Shown one piece after another: positions 23,048 through 33,882 of a stretch of DNA of 64,000 nt. Where the stretch lies: positions 6,262,001-6,326,000 of the forward strand of contig NC_135255.1 in assembly GCF_964204865.1 (NCBI RefSeq), in the 5' to 3' direction. The stretch's first letter is position 1, and each line of letters opens with the position of its first letter. Made by a program: the position numbers and the translations under genes. The notes under the pieces are model-generated. The model was not told the origin of the DNA and did not search any database. It saw nothing but the letters and a program-made list of their open reading frames with translations. This DNA comes from Styela clava (taxonomy: Eukaryota).

Positions 23048-26000
23048 AGCAGCTAAATGGCTAGAGCAACTATTTCATGCACCAGAGCGTGAAGTGTTTT
23101 CGCGAAACTCCTCAATGGTTGGCAACAACGACTAATGGTTGGCACTCACAAACTGGTTTGTTGGTAACATTAAGTTAATAATTATTTACTGATTACTGAG
23201 TAGGTCTGGCAATATATTCGATTATAAGATCAAATCGAATATAAGAACACAATTTACTATTCGAATATCTGGTAACACGGGGCGTGGACATACATAACAC
23301 TCCCGGGCCTCTGAATCAAAGAATAAATCATTACACAACACAATTGCAGATTTCCAACGACCATATGATAATCTACTCACAGTTTTCTCTAACAAACAAA
23401 GACGTTAAAATTGAGTGTTTTATTTGCGTTATAGTGTTTTTATTCTTTCATTTTTAGTGGCTATGATTCTGTCTCGATGTTTAAATGAGCATAATGTGCG
23501 CCACTGTCGCGGGAATATTAAGTTTTAGTGGACCGTTTCGTAAAATTTGAAACATCAATACAAGTATTTAGTGAAGTAACATTACAAAGGCAACGGTATT
23601 GATTTCTTTAAATACTCATAATCTCCGTCATTTTAATGGGAAACATATGACAAACTACCGTTATTGGTAGGCATACTTGAGTTTCAAATTGGTAAGAAAT
23701 CTTCATTAGTGGTCAGAAGACATTGTTTCGTTGATTAGCATGTAATCTATTACTCTATTATTAAGCGTGAAAAGTTGAATAGATCAAGTTTAACACCAGT
23801 GGTCATGCAGAAAATACCCAGAAGCTCTTAGCGACATCAATTCATTGATACACAAACTTGACACTGTACAAATAATGATTAGTGTGTAATTTCTTTGCAG
23901 GCAAAAAGAATGATAACCCATTATCATCTGATTATATCCCATCAATATTTAATTTTCGTCTTTCCCAGAGGGGTAAAGAATAGTTGGAAGGAAAAAGGTG
24001 GATTTTGAAGGAAGGCAAAGAAGACATGTTCGTTATTTTCCATGGTCTCAAAATATCAATAGTGAACCTTATTTATTGGCTGTGGCCTGGCAGAGTAGCG
24101 CTGACTAAAGTCATGTGGGATTCACCAATAAACGAGTCAAACGCGTAAGGAACATCGTGTCCAATTATTACCCACTATATATCACTCATGCAAAGATGCC
24201 GACGAGACGCGTAGAGTTCAAAGTGAACTGGCAGTTTTGATGACCCGTTCACTACGTTACCGCTGCCCCTATAAATCCGCAAGGTTACATGAACGGGTTA
24301 CTGGAGTAGGCCTACGCGTCTCGACAATAGCGGAGATCCTGGGCGCCTACCGGCTTCTTCTCTCATCCTTCTATAGGATCAATCATTGTATTTTTGCTAT
24401 TCCCCCAAACCCACCTTAAGTTTGAATTACCAAGGACGGAAAAAAGCGGGCTTGTGGCACGTGACACAATATTTGAGCTAATTTTAGAACAGTCCTCACG
24501 TGCTCAGTCAGTCAGTCAGTAGTTTATTTTATCACATACCAAAAGTACACAATAGACAGAAATATGCTCCTTACAGGCGGGCACCGCGTTGGTGAACCCT
24601 GGTCTAAGGGTTGCCTGGTTTGAATGCATTATTTGAAACAATATGGGAACAAGGAATTGATATTGTGCTGAATGTGCAGAATGACTCATAAGTAAAATGT
24701 GATTGTCAGAATGGTAATTGTCATATATAATTGGTCTATACTTTCGTATTTTGGAGTAAATAAAGTTAATAAATCTTATCGTTTTGCATGTCTCTATGTA
24801 AATGTAAGACACTAGACCTGGAATTTCGTGAATGTAATAACTTTAATTAAACTACATTCTGTATTCCATATTATTATTAAATATATACATACATATATGA
24901 TATACAGTGGCTCGATACAGTATAATATTTCCTTTGGGATGGGATGAAACAGGCTTAAATAGCCATAGGATGGAACAGCTACCATGGACAAGTCTAGTTA
25001 TCTATATACATATGTCTTTGTGTAGCAGAATCTGCGTGTTAAATGAACTGGAGAACAGGGACAGAAAAAAAAGAATTGTTTGCGTTGCGTATACTTTGGT
25101 TTGAACGAGGAAGAGAGCCACAGCACTTTCTATGTCAGGGAGTAAGACTTTATAACCATCGCCACGTTGTCATTTTAGTAGAAATTGAGCATAGAGTCGA
25201 TATATCTTTCTGCTATAATTGTGGTAGAAGTGTTTTTAATAAACCTTCGTATGACCTGAATCTCCAGGTAGTTCGGGCGTGGTCGGGTATGCTGTTCAAA
25301 CTGCATATTCCAAATGCAGATTGCGTTCGATATTCGTCCACTCCAATTAAACGGGGTAATCCCTGGTTTTCTGCGTGCACAAGGGCGGATTACGATCAGC
25401 CGTATAGTCACAATTTGTAATATTTGGAGAGCAATATAAAAAACGTACTTCTACTGTTTTTAAAAAATCTCCTGTGACATTTTCTAACCGATAACGATGC
25501 CGTAAATGCGTCCAGATTGCAGTTCAAATTTAACATTATTACTATAGAATATAATATTTTATTACTAATCATCTTACAGAGTTGATTTAGTAACGGATTA
25601 TACCAACAGTTTTTTAATGAAGGCAGTACAATGCTGCCACATGCTGTTCCAGATAATAAGACGCTGGAAATAAAACATGAATAATTTTAAATATGTTCCA
25701 ATTCATTAAAACATCGCGTTGGCTGTAGCTTGTGCGCAACAGTAGTTTTTGATCGATATACAACAGAGTGCAGGTAATTTTAGTTTATACAAAATCTCAT
25801 TCCATGATTATATTTAGACCTTCTGTAGAAAGTATATTAATATGCTATTCTGGTTTAGATTATGCGAGAAACTAGAATTTAATACGACCAGTGTCTACGG
25901 AATACATGGATCCAATATTAATTATATATTGAGTACCTTTTATTGAGAATTTTTAATTCAATCAACTTAATCTAATTGATGAAAAAACTCATGAAATTAA

Positions 26001-28017
26001 ATTATCATTTTTATTTCTTTCGGTTAGTTAGACTAACATGTCGATAACTACGAAAATATGAAATTAGTACGGTCGAGACTCAAGATATTGTTCAGTTATC
26101 TCTTATTTCCTTGTTAGGTAGCCCGCAGTGTTCGAATTTCGATAAGTAATAGTCGGGCTTTGACATAGGCGAGAGACCTATTGTTCAATACAAATGTATT
26201 GCAACTGATAAGAACATCGCTCTCAACGGTGTGCGATATAGGTGACGACTGACGATTAAAATGTACTTATTAGAGCAAAGTCAAAGGTGATAAGAAAGGT
26301 ACTTATTTAAAATAATAGACCAGCTGACGTAAGAGCATTGCCTCGGGCAACAAGGAGTGAGGCTGAAATCACGATGTTATGACTAATCATATAATTTTCC
26401 AATGAACTACAGAAATGTCATCAGAAATGATCGAAGGGAAAGTACGTTATGCATTTGTTTGAGTGAGAAATTTCGCGATGGCTTCATAGTAGAAAAGGGC
26501 TCATAGTAGGAAGATTACGAGGCAGTTCAATGTAATATCACAGATACTTTGATCGTCATTATAATACAAGAAATATTTTAAGCTGTTAGACAATTGGTGC
26601 CCAATTAACCAGACGTAGGTACTTTCTAATGCTTTAGAATGTGACAAGACTCTTACTAGAGACCGCAGTGACTGCCTTATTTCTCCGCACTTAACCCCAA
26701 ACACTTGACGTAATAGGGCATATGTATGAAAGTAAGGTCAATTATACACCAGAAACGATAACTCGAATGTTAAAAAGAGACTCAATGCTATAATATATAT
26801 ATATCGCACATGAACAAAAATACTGATTGTTAAGACAACAACATTACAATAAAATGCACAGACCGTCGTCGCGTATGATGTATTCTATTTGCGAAACGAA
26901 AATTGCCCTTTGCAAGGGCGGCAAGTTATTCTACTGTTAGTTAACAATAGGCTTTGATCCGGTGAATATGGTATGGTATTTATAGACAATAAAATAAAAA
27001 GTTAAGGATGAATCAGACCTGCTAGTGAATACCGCAACTTCTATTGTGTATGGACTTGTTATACGAATGTTAGTGCTAGCATTCGCCATTTCTTCTTCTA
27101 CCAATGCGCCTTTAATGATCAGTAAAAGTATTCTGTTACCTCAGCTAGATTTGACAAATTCAAGGCAAAAGTCGAAATGATTTGACTCATAGTTGTCGAG
27201 TACTTTTGAGTTTTTCCTCGGTGTCCTATATTCTACGTAAAGTTATTCACGTTTTTTGTACTTCCTTAATTTTCGAAACAAAGACTAGAAAGTTTCAGGA
27301 TATCAGTAAATTTGCTTATAGCCTGATGAGCTTGTACACAGTGTTCTGTTTAATTAATATACAATTTTGACTATTAGAGGTATAAAGGATTGTCATCATG
27401 GGCCTGGACAAAATAATTACGAAGCATCGGTAGTTACTTTCGGACGAGATTGTCGAATAGACTTTTTAAAGTATTGACATATTGTCCTTCACCAATTTCC
27501 AAATTAAACAAATAGCTTTTAACGTAATATATAATAGATATTTTAAAATCTATTGAAAATCAATGCATATCTTCACTGAATGCATAATTAGTTAATATTC
27601 TCAGGGTGACCAAAACAGAACCCAGGTCATTTGCATTTGGATTACTGAAACATTCGGGTACAACCATGCACAAACAGAAGTTCAAGTGTTATCTTCTTTT
27701 TTGTGTAGAAGTCATTAGGAAATTTATGGGTTTTGTTTTTTAGGGTCTTTCTGTAGATGACTAATTTTCTTGGCAGTAAAACTCTGCCTAGCGCAGTAAG
27801 TTGTTTAAAATTATAACGGTATTTTCACTATTTTAAAAAACATATTATGGATGGTCATTTTGCCCAAATTTTCAGACGTTTGTGTTGAAATACAGTATCG
27901 TATTACTGATACAAATACAATTTTCCACCTTAAAATACAAATGCTTCGTTTCAGAAAAAACGTCCAAAATATACATTTATAACATAATAATATTTACATG
28001 AGAATTAGAATATACAC

Positions 28018-31000
28018 ATGACCCCTCAGATGAAGTATGCTGGAAACGGGTCTACCGTATCTAACGGTCATCATTTGCGAAGTTACAAATTTCTAAAACT
28101 TGAACCGGCTATAGTTCGAAATATTCATCTGAAACTTATCTTTGTAACTTTTGCAACTTTCTGCATTGGAGTTATTATCGGTTTTAATGTGAAGGATATA
28201 ATGATACAGACTTGTGGTACGGCAACATCATCAATAGTACACCAACCGATAAGAAGGGAAGTTCTCAAAGTTTCGAAACCGAAGTAAGAATAGCTTATAG
28301 TCAGTCTTAACAAAACGAAAATTGTGTTAACACCGACTAATCATTTTAACAAATAATGTACTTCCTTATTTCCCCAGAAACGAACGCATACCGTTCGAAC
28401 AACTTCCAGAAAAATATCTGAAGAACATCCCGATGCCACCACCAGCAAATTCATTTCCGTTGAGGTAAGAGTAACCACACAAAGCATATGCAGTGATACT
28501 GTCTCTAAAGTGAATAAATCGTGTTTTTATTTTACTTGAATGCATTTTTTTTTCATATTATTCATAGAGTTGGATAACGACTAGGGCCGAGCATTTCGAT
28601 TCGAATAGTAAATTATTCGAATTACTTCATACGAAAATTTCGAATCGCCGCCATCTAGGTTTTTTTCTGTCCGCAAAGGGTCGAGATGGATTCCAAACTT
28701 TTTTTTCATTAAAGCCATATTTTGACAATGCAATTCTGACATATGACTCTTTTCTTCCTGATGAGTTATTGAAAAAACATGTTTCCTATTGTGTGTGAAC
28801 GCTCAGCGAACTTCCTGAGTGATGGATTATATGTTTCCAGTAATTTATGTGTTAGGAGGACACATTACAATAAAAAAAGTCACATACAAATACACATCTT
28901 CCACGTATGCGAGATTCGATTCGAAGGAAATATTCGATTTGATTTTGAAATCATCAGTTATTTGAAAACAATTTTTCGGCATCTCAGCAGCGCAAAAGCA
29001 AATCGGTATTGGAAAAGGTTATTACCGGGTATGAAAAAAGTGGACATTTTAAACATAAGCCAACTTTTGCAACACGATTACAATTAGGAGTTGGGGTTTG
29101 TCGCTCAGTCTGTTTAGGTCTTGGTTTACAGGGGTTTTAATTCCAACTGAAGTTGTTTTAGACTGACTAATGGGGCGTTAGAATCTACTACTGGACAAAA
29201 GCCTACCGGTGGATTTAAAGAAAATAGATGCTTGAAAATATTCATGTAATGCAGCCTACGTCAAACTTCGCATAACTTCGGTGTTTGTGTTTGTAACCAT
29301 TCCTTGAACAACTTTCTCAAAGAATGCAAGTTGTAAACATGTCGGATTTTTTATATTTACATTATACATATATTATATACGAGAACAAAATGAATAAATA
29401 GGTAATCACGGTTATGGTTATGGCTTAGTATATTATGCTATTGTGAATTGCGAGTCTTCAACGCTTACTTCTCTGAAATAGCATAATAATTCAATTTAAT
29501 GAAGATATAAATATGGAGGTTAGCATAACATGACAAGAATGTTCTCTGCTATAAATTGTGAAGCTTTTTGTGAATATTCCTTACGCGTTTGCGTCGTTTA
29601 TTGTTGAATCCCACACATTTTTGATTAGCTCTACTCTTCTCCGAACACGACTAAGAAATAAGGTTTACTATTGATATTTTTAGACCATGGAAAATAACAG
29701 ACATGATAAATGATTCTTCGGATGCAAATCCCCCGTTTTTCCTTACAATTCTGGTGAAATCTGCAGTTAGTTATGCAAGACGAAGATTTCAAATCCGACA
29801 GACGTGGGGATCAATGAAAAGTATAGAGGGCAAAAAGTGCGTTCTTTTATCATATCTTGTTTAAGGCAGAAAATACCTGTTATATATTGTTCTATATTAT
29901 CCCACCCTAGCTATGGTAAGGAGAATATTAATTTCTACTGCATGAGCTGTATGGAGCCGCATACATTACATTATTTTTAACTGACTGCAAAGTATTATTG
30001 ATTGGGTAGACTATATCTCTGAATCTACAATGAAAGGAAGACCTAATTATTGTTTATTAATAGTAAAAAAAAAAATTTTATTCAATATTTTCTTTAAATC
30101 CATATTTAGGCTAAAAATTGAACTCGCATTAGCATACATTATCCGATTGTATATTTTTTTTATACAATTGTTATTTAATTATTTCCCTAATCGCTTTTTA
30201 TTACAAACATTCGAATCTAAATTGTATCATCCTTTTTATAGGATTGCTGTGATTTTCGTTATCGGGTTGGCAACTTCGAAAATACAACAAGAATTTTTAG
30301 AAAAAGAAAATAAATTATACGGAGACATCGTTCAAGGAGACATAAAAGATACATATCGAAATTTACCTTTAAAGGTAAAGTAGTTTATCTTCTATATACA
30401 TCTGCGACCCCTCAGGGGAAAATTGCGTGGCCTGCGGAGACGTGCCAATTTTGAATATTGTGCGGCCCGAAACGAGTTTTCAACTTAATTTGGCGATAGC
30501 CGATACCTGAGTCCAATTTCTTATCTATGCCTATGACGTCACAATGCCTCAACAGCTACCTTGTGCAAACAACGCATGTCATAAAATCAGTAACCAAAGT
30601 ATATTTGTGCCTGAAACTACTAGAAAGCCTATGTTAAATAAAGGTGCGGCCCGAGTTTTTACCCAGCTATTTGTATCTGGCCCTCCTGTATTAAAGGTTG
30701 CACACCCCTGGCATACACAATCAACTCCCATGACCACTGCTCTGATAAGATAGTGGTTTCTAATCTATTACTAACTGTCATCTGAGAAATACGGTCCCAG
30801 CCTTCGCTGCATGCATTATTTTTGTTTGTTTTCATTAAAAAAAAAATAATTCTGTTTATAATCGACTCGTTTTAATCTGAAGTATTTTTTAATATTTTTT
30901 TTCAAGGTACTTTCCGGTTACCAGTATATTGTTGAACATTTTGGTAACGCCAGCGAATACTACGTTTCTACGGACGATGATTGTTTTATCAACATTCCAA

Positions 31001-32065
31001 ATACATACGAGTATTTTACCGATCTTGATCCGGCTAAAAGAAATGCTGCTCATTGTGGATACATTTATTCTGCTCGGTCGTCTCGTATATCGTAAGTATA
31101 ATATATATAACCTGGTGCTGGATTAATTTCAAACAGAGATCTTAGTCATAGTTGTTATTAGGACACATTAGAATCTGCTTCGATTCTAAAAGATACATAA
31201 ATGTATACCTAGATCGGTAAAGTTTTAGGAGTAAGAAAGTAAATAATTGACTTGTTGTTTGTATGGTTGTTGTATGATGAACGACAGCTTATCGTCTGTC
31301 GTTAAACGACGAACAGCAACAAACAACAACAAGTCGATACATTACTTTTCTTACACCTAAAATTGGTGAACCCGACGTGTTTGTAAGAGTTTTCGGTTTT
31401 TTCACTGCAGCTAAGCTTGGCATTTTGTAACGTTAACCAGTTCGTTAAAAATTGTCTTTCATTTTTTCCATATTATGCAGTCTACTTACATACTTACATT
31501 TGAAAATTCACAGAGACCTTTTTTGCTAATTTTCCATCTGAACCATGCACGAAATAATTTTATATGTATACTTGTTTTTAGAAATCCAAGATCAAAATGG
31601 GGCGTGGCCGAAGAGTTCTATCCAATGACGCCATATCCGAAATTCTGTCACGGAGGAATGACAATTTTATCTCATGATATTTTACGTGATATTTACCGCG
31701 TGTCATTAATCACAAATTATACCGGATTTCACCTTGAGGACGTCTTGACGAATGGAATATTGAGAGAAAAGTTAAACCGTGGGGACGAAAGCATCAGACA
31801 AATAGTTCTTCGAGATAAAAAGACAAATAAAAGAAAGCCGTTGATGTGGCATTTGGGGTATAAAAAAGACAAAGAAGAATCATTTGATGGAATATGGCGA
31901 GGTATTAAACGAATGTTGGGTTTCTATGATGGACCTTACGATCCAGTAAGAGGATATAGGGCTGAGTTGTCTTCCAATCTTCCGACACTTGAGGGGCAAA
32001 CTCTACAAGAAACGATTGAATTCTTTGGTCCTGTCGTTAACCGCAAAGGTAAGGCAAGCAGGTGA
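28018..32065 (+). CDS. GT31 beta-1,3-galactosyltransferase-like protein B with intact motifs; 6 exons, ~435 aa
   Basis: Exons 28018-28283, 28378-28464, 29684-29836, 30242-30374, 30907-31091, 31582-32065, all GT-AG and phase-consistent (1308 nt). TM LIFVTFATFCIGVIIGF. Motifs ILVKSA, RRFQIRQTWG, VIFVIG, ENKLYGDIVQGDIKDTYRNLPLK, STDDDCFIN, SKW, YPKFCHGG, LEDVLTNGILREK. Confidence 0.93.
28582..28975. mobile_element. hAT-like MITE with ATTCGA subterminal repeats
   Basis: Left end TAGGGCCGAGCATTTCGATTCGAAT. The right-hand block (GAGATTCGATTCGAA...ATTCGATT...GAAATC) matches 48010-48089, which ends in TGCCCAGCTCTA. Confidence 0.55.
30400..30710. mobile_element. hAT/Charlie-like MITE remnant
   Basis: TGCGGCCC repeats and a right end AGGTTGCACACCCCTG. 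The left end is eroded. Confidence 0.5.
31205..31380. repeat. Palindromic MITE-like fold-back in intron 5 of GT31-B
   Basis: Arms TTTAGGAGTAAGAAAGTAA...GACTTGTTGTT...AACGACAG pair with CTGTCGTT...AACAACAAGTC...TTACTTTTCTTACACCTAAA. Confidence 0.7.
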
Positions 32066-33239
32066 TAAGAAGAACATTGAAAGCTATATGTTTCGGATCA
32101 TTTGCACTGTGTTGCTACCGCATTTGTTTTTAATTTGTGCCGAGTCCTTACTTTTATCCTTCCTATTTAATGTACATTTTATTAGAGGTTTAGTTGAATA
32201 CATTTCAAGAAAGTTCCGATTTATTCGTCGTTCAATCTTGATTAATCAACTCTACTTTCCCAGGGAAACCGCGTAAGCCCCATTCTCTTCTGTACCGCAT
32301 GGAATAATTGCAGTTTACTCTGGATTATACATTTGTGTATTCAGCGTTCACATTCACACACGTTGTTTGAATTCACTGTACTATTAATTTTTGAAATTGT
32401 AATACTTGATTTATTTTATTGATTTCACTTTATACATCATTATTTGAAATTGATATTTATTTTAGCATGTATTTAATAATCAATAGTTGCTTCGACAAAT
32501 TTAATTAAACTTTAATCAAGATAACATTTCAATTATTGCGCTTTTATTGATTCTGCTTAATAAAAATTCATTTAAAGTTTTGTCTGTTAAAAAAACTTTT
32601 TACGAGAACTCGCATGAAACAATGGGTGATCACTGACTAAAGCAACAGACTAAAAGACCCACAAACTAAATTGATTCATGGTGGTTCATTACGCGCCAGC
32701 CTACTGTCGCGAGTCTCAAAAAAAGTGCTGGTTCTTTTCATTAAAGCGTAGAAAATCAGCTTCAAGGAAGTAATCCTGTACAGGTAAAGTTCTAGTAAAA
32801 AAAAATCGAGTGTGATGACTTGTGATGAAAGTTCAGTAGTTTCAAATTTGGAAACATCGAGAAACACTCGTTTGACAATATTACTAAACGCAAGGCAAGA
32901 ATCACGTGGGGCGCCATTATTCGAAAGTAGTAGACTCTCGGATGCAACAATGGACCTCAATTTACAACATGAAATTTTACACAAATAAAACCAGTAACAT
33001 TCCAGAGATAACGACCACTATTCATAACTTAAATGCGCATATGACAGAATTTGCAGTGTAAGCATTTGTTTTTCCGAAGCAAAGGATTCATATAGTTGCA
33101 TTCTGTATTAGCTGATTTTACACTCTTTCCTCAATCTAGGAAGCGACATGCGGTAATAAGAGTTCCTCGAAAAAGTTATCCGCTAGCTGCCATTATAGAG
33201 CGATTCTGTGATTGGATTCATTGCGTAAAGTCACTCATC

Positions 33240-33254
33240 GTTACCAACAGCAAC
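33240..33254 (+). promoter_or_regulatory. Consensus RFX X-box upstream of the EFCAB6-like gene
   Basis: GTTACC-AAC-AGCAAC is an exact match to GTNRCC(N0-3)RGYAAC, about 630 bp upstream of the ATG at 33883. Confidence 0.6.
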
Positions 33255-33882
33255 GAATCATCTTTCATTGCTGATTGAAATGTATAGTCAGCCAGTCATC
33301 TGATATTTCAGAACAATGGTTTAAATCTTCTACCGTAAACACAGGAAAGAATTGGCACCGGGTATTACCAAAGAAAAAAAATCGATTACATCTGATGGAG
33401 AAATGGTTAGGAATAAATAGGCCAGGTTGTAATAGCAGAAATAAACGTATTAGACTATGTTTCCAATTACAAAAGACGTTATGTTTTTGATGAAGTGAAT
33501 GCAATGTTGCTTGCATGAAAAAATGAGGAATTAGATCATGCCGCTTTAAATAAAAATCCATATTATTCGAATCGTTTAAACGGTGACAAGCTTTGGGAAC
33601 CACCGAAAACGAAAATTATTTACTTCCGCTAAAATAGCTCAAAATTGAGAGAAATAGAACGGATTCAACCCATCTCATACTGAATTCTTGCATCGCAGTT
33701 TTTTAACTGCGTTTCAACATTGGTGACGAGCAGGGGATTTATCGAATTAGCTATTCGATTGAAAAGCAGTTCCACATAGAATATTATCTTGAACATATCT
33801 TCTGTTTCGTATTTATAATCAGGTGTGTATAGTAGTAGCAGTAGTAATTCACCAGATATTTTAATCGTTTGTTGCACACATC

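Noticed and set aside
27320-27345. Hammerhead ribozyme core CTGATGAG (also at ~28758)
   Set aside because: No convincing stem II followed by GAAA, or stems I/III, could be built by eye.
32676-33603. ORFs upstream of EFCAB6-like as a transposase remnant (VASES, ITSDGE-like words)
   Set aside because: The matches are short and on opposite strands with many stops. No consistent domain or termini were found.
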